Source: Christensenellales bacterium
Lineage (GTDB): Bacteria > Bacillota > Clostridia > Christensenellales > UBA1242
DNA length: 56,582 nt
Reading direction: 5' to 3'
Assembly (NCBI GenBank): GCA_051889215.1
Contig: JBJFDC010000026.1
Span: 1-56,582, forward strand
Part shown: positions 1 to 7,829 of the stretch, in pieces
How positions within the stretch are numbered: position 1 is the stretch's first letter
Layout of the letters: the number at the start of each line of letters is the position of its first letter
The notes under the pieces: model-generated
What the model was told of the DNA's origin: nothing
What the model saw: only the letters and a program-made list of their open reading frames with translations
Database searches by the model: none
Program-made: the position numbers and the translations under genes

Positions 1-805
1 ATGGCATGATGGAGAACTATCGCAGAAATTACAAAAAAGATAAATATGACCCATACTTTTTAACAGGCAAAATATTCTGCGGATATTGTGGTGAAAGTGT
101 GATTGCTGAGTCTGGGTCTAGTCATTTGGGAACGAGGTATAAATATTATAAATGCCATACCAAAAAGGTTAAGGGCAAGGCGTGCGAACTGAGAAACTAT
201 CGCAAGCAAGAACTTGAACAACTTATAATTGACAAAACTAAACAATACATTTTAACCCCAACTAAAATTGACGAGATTGCACGCATGGTTGTAGATAAAT
301 TCAATGAAGAACTCTCTAACAATGTTGTCCTTAAATGTCTTGAAAAAGAATTAAGGCAAATAAACAATAAAATTAATAGCCTTGTGAAGAATATGGAACA
401 GGGTATAGTTTCGGTTACTATTCGTGAAACGCTTTATAAACTTGAAAATGATAGGGCAGACATTCAGTTAAAGATTGCAGAAGAAAAGACCAAAATTGAT
501 AAACCACTAAAATTTGAAGATGTGAAGAATTTTCTAACACTCTTTGCAAACAAAGAGTATGACGATGTGTTTGAACGTAATGAGTTTTTCAATAGATTTA
601 TCAAAAAGATAATTTTATTTAATGATAAAGTTATTGTGATTATGTGTGGAAACAAAGGCCCTGATAAAGAACTTGCAATAAATAATGACGAACTCTATGC
701 CAAAAGAATTTTAGAAAAATTTGAGAAAAAAGAAACACAAGAAAATAAAAATGGGAGTGCCGATAGTTCGGACTCCCATTTTAATGAAATACAAGAAATT
801 TTCAA
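1..805 (+). mobile_element. right-hand end of an integrated element carrying the serine recombinase (left extent unknown)
   Basis: The recombinase gene abuts the 3' side of tRNA-Ser(UGA). A host-type tRNA terminator hairpin begins at about 803, so the junction should lie at or left of about 805. The boundary is not resolved at nucleotide level. Confidence 0.4.
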
Positions 806-1004
806 AGAAAAAGAGGCTGAAATGGACGATTTTGTCCAACAGCCTCCCCGTGGCGGAGAACACAGGATTCGAACCTGCGGACGCTCTCACGTCAACGGTT
901 TTCAAGACCGCCGCTTTAAACCACTCAGCCAATTCTCCACGTTTGTTTTTGCGTCGGTCAGAAAACCGTTGCAACGGTTTGCCAAAACGAGACGCAAGGT
1001 TTGA
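1..1004 (+). CDS. large serine recombinase, C-terminal part (5' end outside window; native 3' end uncertain)
   Basis: The frame is open from base 3. The zinc-ribbon recombinase motif YFLTGKIFCGYCGES...YKYYKCHTK is followed by a long coiled-coil, as in large serine recombinases. The last ~65 codons are read antisense through the tRNA-Ser terminator and the tRNA gene itself. Confidence 0.75.
   Translation, partial: GMMENYRRNYKKDKYDPYFLTGKIFCGYCGESVIAESGSSHLGTRYKYYKCHTKKVKGKACELRNYRKQELEQLIIDKTKQYILTPTKIDEIARMVVDKFNEELSNNVVLKCLEKELRQINNKINSLVKNMEQGIVSVTIRETLYKLENDRADIQLKIAEEKTKIDKPLKFEDVKNFLTLFANKEYDDVFERNEFFNRFIKKIILFNDKVIVIMCGNKGPDKELAINNDELYAKRILEKFEKKETQENKNGSADSSDSHFNEIQEIFKEKEAEMDDFVQQPPRGGEHRIRTCGRSHVNGFQDRRFKPLSQFSTFVFASVRKPLQRFAKTRRKV
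803..847 (-). terminator. rho-independent terminator of tRNA-Ser(UGA)
   Basis: On the minus strand, just after the CCA end, the stem GAGGCTG(840-846)/CAGCCTC(813-819) encloses an inner GGAC/GTCC stem and is followed by TTTTTCTTT. Confidence 0.55.
851..938 (-). tRNA. tRNA-Ser (anticodon UGA)
   Basis: The reverse complement is GGAGAATTGGCTGAGTGGTTTAAAGCGGCGGTCTTGAAAACCGTTGACGTGAGAGCGTCCGCAGGTTCGAATCCTGTGTTCTCCGCCA. It has a 7-bp acceptor stem GGAGAAT/GTTCTCC, anticodon loop CT-TGA-AA, long variable arm, T-arm GCAGG-TTCGAAT-CCTGT, discriminator G and an encoded CCA; 88 nt. Confidence 0.92.
903..927. repeat. 25-bp direct repeat, copy 1 (inside tRNA-Ser(UGA): D-loop to first anticodon-loop bases)
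   Basis: caagaccgccgctttaaaccactca is identical to 1074-1098. Confidence 0.95.
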
Positions 1005-1073
1005 TATTAAGTTTTGTTGGGTCAACGAGTCCGCGAGGTTTGCTTGCTGTTGAGTCTATTTGGGACTTCGCCC

Positions 1074-1098
1074 CAAGACCGCCGCTTTAAACCACTCA
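1074..1098. repeat. 25-bp direct repeat, copy 2 (isolated tRNA-Ser fragment upstream of the tRNA)
   Basis: caagaccgccgctttaaaccactca is an exact match to 903-927. The flanks on both sides do not match the tRNA. Confidence 0.95.
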
Positions 1099-1241
1099 TT
1101 ATTTTTTACAAGCGAAAATTAGTTTATCAAACAAAGTGTTGTTTGGCAAGTGTTTTTTGAAAAAAAGTTTTTGAAAACAAATTTGCTTTTGGTATTGCAA
1201 ATTTCGTTTGAATTTGGCATAATCAAACAAGAGGTGCGAAA

Positions 1242-2198
1242 ATGTTTTTGGAAGAAAGAGTTGAGCAATATGCACAAGACATAAAAAACAAATATCATTG
1301 TGAAGATATAGATTTTTCAGATGTCAACAAAAACCGAAAGAAAATTATGCATAAAGGTGGGTCAAAAAAGATAGTCAAAGACTTGAATGAGCGTATTGAC
1401 CTTGATTTTATTAAAGAGAGCGACTTGATTGAGGGTGTTGAAGATGTTGACGTGACTGCTTTTTTGGAAGATGAAAACACTGAAATTGTGCATAGCAGCA
1501 AAAAAAAGAAGGCATTAAACAATCTCGACCCTGTGACCATGGCAAGAGAGTCGGTGCGAGGGTGCGTTGTTTTGGCAACCAATCCAAAGCTTGGGATTTT
1601 GTCTTTTACGAATCAACATTTGGCAGCACTCAAGTTTGTGTTAAAAGAGGCACGCTTTTCGCAACTGCAACACAAGAGCATTGGGTTTTTCAAGCCGTTG
1701 AGTCATGACCTCATCACAACTGCAAATGAAATGGTTTTGCCGGGAAAATTTGATGTTCCATCATATTATAGAAATGAATATTCTTATGGAAGTTGTCATG
1801 TTGTTGGGGCAAATTGGACACCTGTTAGCAGCCCAAAAGTGCCAGCGCGAATGGAAGCGTTGCTCAAATGGTATAATGAAGAAACCGAGATGGCTCCAAT
1901 TGTGAAGGCGGCGATTTTGCATTGTGAGTTTATTAAAATACACCCGTTCTCTGACGGCAATGGAAGAACGGCAAGACTTTTGGTCAACTATGAGCTTGCA
2001 AAGCACAGACTTCCAACAATCGTCATCAAGGCAAGAAATAAAAGAGCATATTTTGATGCGCTTGAAAAAGGAATAACGACGGGCGATGTCACAGACGTGG
2101 CAAACATGATTAAAGAAAAAGTGTTGGAGTCGCAACACAAGCAACTTTTGGCACTTGATGCACTTGCAGCCAAAAAAAATAATGAAAAAGAGTCGTGA
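1242..2198 (+). CDS. Fic family protein (putative AMPylase) with N-terminal inhibitory motif
   Basis: The Fic motif HPFSDGNGRTARLL (HxFx[DE]GNGRxxR) starts at aa 234. S60-DLI-E64-G65 fits the [ST]xxxE[GN] auto-inhibition motif. An RBS GAGGTG lies 5 nt upstream of the ATG. Confidence 0.85.
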   Translation: MFLEERVEQYAQDIKNKYHCEDIDFSDVNKNRKKIMHKGGSKKIVKDLNERIDLDFIKESDLIEGVEDVDVTAFLEDENTEIVHSSKKKKALNNLDPVTMARESVRGCVVLATNPKLGILSFTNQHLAALKFVLKEARFSQLQHKSIGFFKPLSHDLITTANEMVLPGKFDVPSYYRNEYSYGSCHVVGANWTPVSSPKVPARMEALLKWYNEETEMAPIVKAAILHCEFIKIHPFSDGNGRTARLLVNYELAKHRLPTIVIKARNKRAYFDALEKGITTGDVTDVANMIKEKVLESQHKQLLALDALAAKKNNEKES

Positions 2199-2212
2199 TC
2201 GACTCTTTTTTT
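2185..2212. terminator. bidirectional rho-independent terminator (fic / nucleoside hydrolase)
   Basis: The stem GAGTCG(2190-2195)/CGACTC(2200-2205) is flanked by an A-run upstream and a T-run downstream. Confidence 0.7.
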
Positions 2213-3149
2213 AGTTATAAAACTTGAAATTGTCCAACTTTTTTAGACCTTGTTTGATAAGTTTGAATGACTTTTTTCCGTTTGCATTCATGACTATCAA
2301 AGATTTTCCTTGACGAGAGAAGTTTATTGTTGTTTTTCCTGGCGTTTGGTCAAGATCGACAAAAATGTCACCGCGCTTTGTTTTGAAAATTTTTGGCTGA
2401 ATGAGATAGAGAAATGCGCAAGTGTCGTTTGTTGCAATTCGCTGGTCTTCAAACCCCGGCTCCCAATAATCTTTATAGAGTTCAAGCAAAAATTTTCCAC
2501 TATCGTTCATTTTTGAAAGTTCCATGACTTGCTCATAGTTTAGGTGAGTCATTCTGCGGCCAATTTCACTTGGAATCATGACGAGAGGAACGCCAGACTT
2601 GAGAACGATGTCAAATGCCTCGGGGTCTGAAGAGATGTTAAAAGAAATGTGTGGTTTGGTTTTTTTGTAGCCATAGGGAGAGCCGCCCATAAACACAATT
2701 TGTTTTAGGAGTTTTGCGGCCTCGGGATATTTTGTGAGAAGAAGTCCGGCATTTGTTTGAGGTCCCAAAAGACAAAGCGTGATTTCGTGTGGATTTTCGC
2801 ATATGATTTTGAACATATTGTCTTCTGCGGTTCCGTCAACACACTTCAAGTTGTTTGGTTCTTGTGGGACGTATGTGCCCATTCCTTCTTTCCCATGAAT
2901 GTGAGCGGCATCCAATCTTTCGCGACGGAGAGGTTTTTCTGCTCCGCGTGCAACCGGAATGTCGAGCCCATATTTTTCCAAAAGATGAAGAGTGTTTCTC
3001 GTGGTTATTTCGATTGGTCTGTTGCCGGCATTTGTTGTGAGAAGCTTTATGTCGAGCATATCTTCAAACATCGCGAACATAAGCGCTGCAACATCGTCAA
3101 CTCCAGGGTCTGTGTCGACAATAAGTTTTATTTTTTCTTGTTTTTTCAC
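2211..3149 (-). CDS. inosine/uridine-preferring nucleoside hydrolase family protein
   Basis: The N-terminal aspartate cluster DTDPGVDD (DxDxxxDD) is present. GTG start with RBS AGGAGCGA; 312 aa. Confidence 0.85.
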   Translation of the reverse strand: MKKQEKIKLIVDTDPGVDDVAALMFAMFEDMLDIKLLTTNAGNRPIEITTRNTLHLLEKYGLDIPVARGAEKPLRRERLDAAHIHGKEGMGTYVPQEPNNLKCVDGTAEDNMFKIICENPHEITLCLLGPQTNAGLLLTKYPEAAKLLKQIVFMGGSPYGYKKTKPHISFNISSDPEAFDIVLKSGVPLVMIPSEIGRRMTHLNYEQVMELSKMNDSGKFLLELYKDYWEPGFEDQRIATNDTCAFLYLIQPKIFKTKRGDIFVDLDQTPGKTTINFSRQGKSLIVMNANGKKSFKLIKQGLKKLDNFKFYN

Positions 3150-3268
3150 GGGTCGCTCCTTTTTTTCTGATTTATTATATCAAAACTTCACTTATTAGCA
3201 AACTTTTTGAACATTTCGCATTCAAATTATTTATGTTTATATTAATGTTGTTTTGCAAAAGATAAATT

Positions 3269-3469
3269 ATGTATTTTAACTATCATGCAAAAGTGAAGAA
3301 TAAAATTGAGCAGGTGGGAGTTGAAAAGTTTGAATTTGTTGAAAAATACAAAAACATCTCGCCCGCACTCCTCATATATTTCAAAGACGGGAGCATGATG
3401 CCAATTCGAGAACATAAATTTTTGGAATACATTGCTTTGATTGACAAAAACAACAATTTTGGTGGATAA
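3269..3469 (+). CDS. hypothetical small protein (66 aa)
   Basis: An ORF only, lying directly upstream of the MBL hydrolase gene, with a weak RBS. Confidence 0.4.
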   Translation: MYFNYHAKVKNKIEQVGVEKFEFVEKYKNISPALLIYFKDGSMMPIREHKFLEYIALIDKNNNFGG

Positions 3470-3475
3470 TTAAAT

Positions 3476-4087
3476 ATGCAATTTGATATGACGATTCTTC
3501 AGTCCACACCGCTAAAAACAAACAATTATTTGCTTGCCCTCACAGATGGGGCGGTGCTCGTGGACGCGAGTGCGACAACAGAACAAATCCAGAATGCGCT
3601 TGAAGGCAAAAAACTTGAGGCGGTGTTTCTCACACATTCGCATTTTGACCATGCAATCAACCTTGAGAAAATAATCAAAACTTTTGGGGCAAGGTGTTAT
3701 ATGCATGAGCGCTGCTATGAAAAAATCCATCATCACGAAAAACAGTTTTATGGCGACAGACCTTTTTGCGTGGAAAAATGTGAAGACAGCATAAACTTTG
3801 TTCGCAATGGTGACAAAATTGAAGTTTGCGGAGAAGAGTTTTTGTGCATTGAGACACCTGGACACACTGACGACTCAATGAGTTATGTGTTGAATGACAA
3901 CATATTTGTGGGGGACTTGATTTTCCGTGACGGATATGGGAGAACAGATTTGCCAACGGGAAGTGAAAAAGACGAAGAAGAGTCAATAGAAAAAGTTTTG
4001 AGCATGCCGAAAAACTTTAATATTTTCCCTGGGCACGGCGAACAAACAACTGTTGAAGAAGAATTGAATTTTTGGGGTGTTATGTGA
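3476..4087 (+). CDS. MBL-fold metallo-hydrolase
   Basis: HxHxDH motif THSHFDH, downstream TPGHT and DL..G motifs, and RBS GGTGGA. Confidence 0.85.
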   Translation: MQFDMTILQSTPLKTNNYLLALTDGAVLVDASATTEQIQNALEGKKLEAVFLTHSHFDHAINLEKIIKTFGARCYMHERCYEKIHHHEKQFYGDRPFCVEKCEDSINFVRNGDKIEVCGEEFLCIETPGHTDDSMSYVLNDNIFVGDLIFRDGYGRTDLPTGSEKDEEESIEKVLSMPKNFNIFPGHGEQTTVEEELNFWGVM

Positions 4088-4803
4088 AAATTGCTTGGAT
4101 TGTTGCGATTGTTGTTCTTGTTTTGTTTTTGATTGTGGCAATATCAATTTCCTCAAATTCTTTTTTGCGATTCAAACAGATTTTTGAAGAATTCAAAGAT
4201 GTAAAAAACTCATCATATTTGACAGCATTTCAGTTTGCGGAGTTTGTTCGAGACAAAAAACTTGATGGAAAACTCAACATCATTTCACGAAAAGGTGATT
4301 TTTCAGATGCTTATGACTATTTTTCAAACACTTTGATTTTGAGCGAAAACACAATGAATGACAACTCAATTTCATCTCTTGCCGTTGTTGCTCATGAACT
4401 TGGACATGCCATGCAACGAAAGGCGGACACAAAAAAATTTCGCCGTTGCACAAAAATCAGGAATTTTGTATCCATTGGCTGCAAGTTTATAACACCGCTT
4501 TTTATTGCAGGAATTGTGTGCTTGTTTTTTGAGGGCATAACATTTTTTGTTGGAATCGCTCTTTGTGCATTATCGATTGCACTGTTTTTTGTGCTTCTCA
4601 TTTATAAGTCGCGACTTCTTGCAGTCGAGAAAGAAGCGTCAAATCTTGGAATAAAACTGCTTGATGATTTGGATATGCTTGAGCACGAAGAGCAAAAAAA
4701 CATAAAAGCCATTTTGCGCGCCGCATATATGACTTATGTTGGTGATTTTTTCAGAACAATGCTTTCTTGGACAGGGCTTACAAAAAAATCTGCAAATCCG
4801 TGA
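4084..4803 (+). CDS. YugP-like membrane zinc metallopeptidase
   Basis: HExxH (AHELGHAMQ) plus N- and C-terminal TM helices. The GTG start overlaps the upstream stop (GTGA); the ORF track begins at 4072. Confidence 0.65.
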   Translation: MKIAWIVAIVVLVLFLIVAISISSNSFLRFKQIFEEFKDVKNSSYLTAFQFAEFVRDKKLDGKLNIISRKGDFSDAYDYFSNTLILSENTMNDNSISSLAVVAHELGHAMQRKADTKKFRRCTKIRNFVSIGCKFITPLFIAGIVCLFFEGITFFVGIALCALSIALFFVLLIYKSRLLAVEKEASNLGIKLLDDLDMLEHEEQKNIKAILRAAYMTYVGDFFRTMLSWTGLTKKSANP

Positions 4804-4814
4804 GAGGAGGGAGT

Positions 4815-6224
4815 ATGTTTGATTATGCCATTATTGGGGGTGGAGTTGTTGGATGCGCGGTGTTTGACGCGCTGACTCTTGCTGGCAAAAAATGTGTCCT
4901 TTTGGAAAAAGAAAACGATGTTGCACTTGGTGCGTCAAAAGCGAACTCTGGGCTCATTCATGCCGGTTTTGATGCAAAAGAGGGGACTCTCAAAGCACTC
5001 CTTAACGTGAGGGGCGCAAAACTCATTCCAAAAGTTGCAAAACGTCTTAAAATTTCGTTTTCCAGGTGCGGTGCGATTGTTGTTGGAGACGACATTTCGG
5101 CAATCAAAAAACTGTATGAGCGCGGCAAACACAATGGCGTTAAAAGACTAAAAATTCTAAACAAAAAACGAGTTCAAAAACTATGCCCAAAACTTGTCGA
5201 TAAAAATTCATTTGCGCTCTATGCACCAAATGCTGGACTCATCAGTCCATATATGCTAACAATTGCACTTGCCGAGGAAGCGGTTATCAATGGCGGAAAA
5301 ATTTATTTTGAACAAAACATAACAAAAATTGAGAAAAAAGACTGCTTTTTGATTCATTCCGACAAAACCTTCAAAGCACAATGTCTAATCAATGCAAGCG
5401 GGGCGGGTTTTAATGAAATATCCAAACTTGTTGGCGGTGAAATTTTTGACCTCAAATTCAGAAAGGGTGAATACTATGTTTTGGACAAGTCTGAACCAAT
5501 GTTTGTAAAACTTTCTGTGTTTCCTCTTCCAACAGCACTTGGCAAAGGAATTTTGGCAACGCCAACCATTGATGGCAACGTGCTTTTGGGACCAACCGCG
5601 AGTGAAGGCGAGGACGACAAAGACACAACGAGTGAGGGGTTGGAAAAAATCAGGACAAGCATATCCAATATGTTTGGTGTTTTCCCTGCGCGTGATTCAA
5701 TCAGGCAATTTGCCGGAGTTAGGTGCTATGTTGGGGACGATTTCATTATTGAAAAGAGCAAACTTGTTGATGGACTTATAAACATTGCCGGAATATGTTC
5801 CCCTGGACTTACGAGTGCGGTGGCGATTGGTGAATATGTCAAGAATATGCTCGGAGAGACTGGCAAAATCAAGGCAAAGCGCCGCACACCATACACGAGA
5901 ATGAGCGAACTTTCGTTCGGTCAAAAAAACAGGGTGATAAAACGCGATTCTGATTATGGAAAAATTGTTTGCCGCTGTGAAAATGTGAGTTTGGGCGAAA
6001 TAAAAGAAGCGCTTTCAAGTCCACTTCACCCAAAAACCATTGATGGAATCAAGCGAAGGGTGCGTGCTGGAATGGGAAGATGCCAGGGGGCATTTTGTGG
6101 AAGCAAAATTTTGCAAATCATATCCAAACAGAGCCACATGAACATGAGCGATGTTTGCAAAGAACAAACAGGTTCGCGTGTTGTGCCATATGAGGTTAAA
6201 AATGGAGGCGCAAATAATGAATAA
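4815..6224 (+). CDS. FAD-dependent oxidoreductase, glycerol-3-phosphate dehydrogenase/oxidase-like with BFD-type [2Fe-2S] domain
   Basis: Dinucleotide fold MFDYAIIGGGVVGCA, C-terminal Cys motif CRCENVS...RCQGAFC, RBS GAGGAGGGA, and context with glpK. Confidence 0.8.
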   Translation: MFDYAIIGGGVVGCAVFDALTLAGKKCVLLEKENDVALGASKANSGLIHAGFDAKEGTLKALLNVRGAKLIPKVAKRLKISFSRCGAIVVGDDISAIKKLYERGKHNGVKRLKILNKKRVQKLCPKLVDKNSFALYAPNAGLISPYMLTIALAEEAVINGGKIYFEQNITKIEKKDCFLIHSDKTFKAQCLINASGAGFNEISKLVGGEIFDLKFRKGEYYVLDKSEPMFVKLSVFPLPTALGKGILATPTIDGNVLLGPTASEGEDDKDTTSEGLEKIRTSISNMFGVFPARDSIRQFAGVRCYVGDDFIIEKSKLVDGLINIAGICSPGLTSAVAIGEYVKNMLGETGKIKAKRRTPYTRMSELSFGQKNRVIKRDSDYGKIVCRCENVSLGEIKEALSSPLHPKTIDGIKRRVRAGMGRCQGAFCGSKILQIISKQSHMNMSDVCKEQTGSRVVPYEVKNGGANNE

Positions 6225-7443
6225 ATATGATATTGTGGTTGTTGGCGCGGGTCCAGCGGGGCTGAATGCGAGCAAGGTTGCCTCACGCAAAGGATACAAA
6301 ACTCTTCTTGTTGAACGAGATGAAAGACTGGGTGGAATTTTGAACCAGTGTATTCATAACGGATTTGGGCTGAAATTTTTTAAAGAAGAACTGACGGGCC
6401 CCGAGTTTGTTCATAAAATGCTTGAGGATCTAAAAAATGACAATTTGGACATTTTGACGAACACATTTGTGACAGACATAAAAAGGGGTTGTGTTGAAAT
6501 AACAAACGAGAGCGGTGTGCAAAAAATAAAATGCAGTGCTGTGATTTTGGCAACTGGTGCACGCGAGCGAACAGCGGGAGGCGTGAGTCTTTTGGGAGCT
6601 AGGCCTGCTGGCGTTTATACTGCAGGATTTGCACAAAAAATGATAAATCATCATGGAAAACTTGTCGGCAAAAAAGCGGTTATTTTGGGAAGCGGCGACA
6701 TTGGACTTATCCTTGCAAGACGCCTTAAATTTGAGGGCGCAGAAGTTGTGGGGATATTTGAGATTGGCAAAACTTCGGCTGGACTTCAAAGAAACATTCG
6801 CCAGTGTGTTGAAGATTTTGACATTCCGCTCCAATATTCAACCACAATTGTTGAAGTTGTTGGAAAAGAACGCGTCGAGGGTGTTTGGGTTGCAGAAGTT
6901 GATGAAAACAAAAAACCAATACTCCAAACAAAAAGGTTTGTTGAATGCGATTGTGTTTTGTTGTCGGTTGGACTTATTCCAGAAACCGAACTCCTAAAAA
7001 ACAAAATTGATTTTTTTGAAAAATCAAACAATGCCACAGTCGATGAAAACAGAATGACATCTCTTGGCGGGGTCTTTGTTGCAGGAAATTGTTTGCATAT
7101 TCATGACCTTGCCGACAACGCGGCAGAAGAGGGAGAAATTGCCGCGCTTGGAGCGATTGACTATATAAACAAAAGCAGCAAAAACAAAACATTCAATATC
7201 TCTGCCGGAGATGGGGTGTCATATTGCATACCTCAAAAAATCCATGAAAATGCAAGAGATGTGAATATATTTTTTCGAGTTAAAACCAAACTGAAAAAGG
7301 CAAAAATAAAAGTCGCACAGAATGGAAATGTCATTGCCGAAAAGTTTTGTCCTGCAATTCTTCCTGGAAGCATGCAAGAGATTGAACTCAAAAATTACAC
7401 CGCCGGTGATTTGGTGGTTTTTGTGGAGGGTGAAAAACAATGA
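6217..7443 (+). CDS. NAD(P)/FAD-dependent (pyridine nucleotide-disulfide type) oxidoreductase
   Basis: Two Rossmann motifs, VVVGAGPAGL and ILGSGDIGL. The start ATG overlaps the upstream stop (ATGAATAA). Confidence 0.8.
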   Translation: MNKYDIVVVGAGPAGLNASKVASRKGYKTLLVERDERLGGILNQCIHNGFGLKFFKEELTGPEFVHKMLEDLKNDNLDILTNTFVTDIKRGCVEITNESGVQKIKCSAVILATGARERTAGGVSLLGARPAGVYTAGFAQKMINHHGKLVGKKAVILGSGDIGLILARRLKFEGAEVVGIFEIGKTSAGLQRNIRQCVEDFDIPLQYSTTIVEVVGKERVEGVWVAEVDENKKPILQTKRFVECDCVLLSVGLIPETELLKNKIDFFEKSNNATVDENRMTSLGGVFVAGNCLHIHDLADNAAEEGEIAALGAIDYINKSSKNKTFNISAGDGVSYCIPQKIHENARDVNIFFRVKTKLKKAKIKVAQNGNVIAEKFCPAILPGSMQEIELKNYTAGDLVVFVEGEKQ

Positions 7444-7772
7444 AAACAACTTGCATAATGTGTCCGATTGGCTGTCAACTTGAAATCACGAATGTGGGCG
7501 ACCAAATTCAAGTTTTGGGGAATTTGTGTCCGAGGGGAAAACAATATGGCGTGGACGAGGCGACTTGTCCCAAGAGAATTGTGACAAGCATTGTCAAATG
7601 TTCAAAAGATTTATATTGTTCAGTCAAAACCACTTGTCCGGTTGAAAAGACAAAAATTGACGATGTTTTGCATGAAATTGCTTTGATTCCACCAAAAAAA
7701 TATAAATTTGGCGAAATTTTGATAAAAAATGTCGCGGGCACAAAAGCAGATATTGTTGTCACGGGAGTGTGA
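7440..7772 (+). CDS. DUF1667-type small Cys-rich protein (third subunit of the oxidoreductase set)
   Basis: N-terminal CIMCPIGCQLE with ATGA overlap to the upstream gene. This is the typical three-gene arrangement next to glpK in anaerobic Firmicutes (recalled knowledge). Confidence 0.7.
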   Translation: MKTTCIMCPIGCQLEITNVGDQIQVLGNLCPRGKQYGVDEATCPKRIVTSIVKCSKDLYCSVKTTCPVEKTKIDDVLHEIALIPPKKYKFGEILIKNVAGTKADIVVTGV

Positions 7773-7829
7773 CAAAATGATTTGACACAAACAGTTTTGT
7801 TTGTCAAACTAATGAATATTGGGGGAAAT

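Noticed and set aside
711-1053. ORFs 711-1025 (-) and 721-1053 (+) overlapping the tRNA-Ser(UGA) locus
   Set aside because: They are antisense or out-of-frame shadows of the recombinase tail and the tRNA, with no RBS and no motifs.
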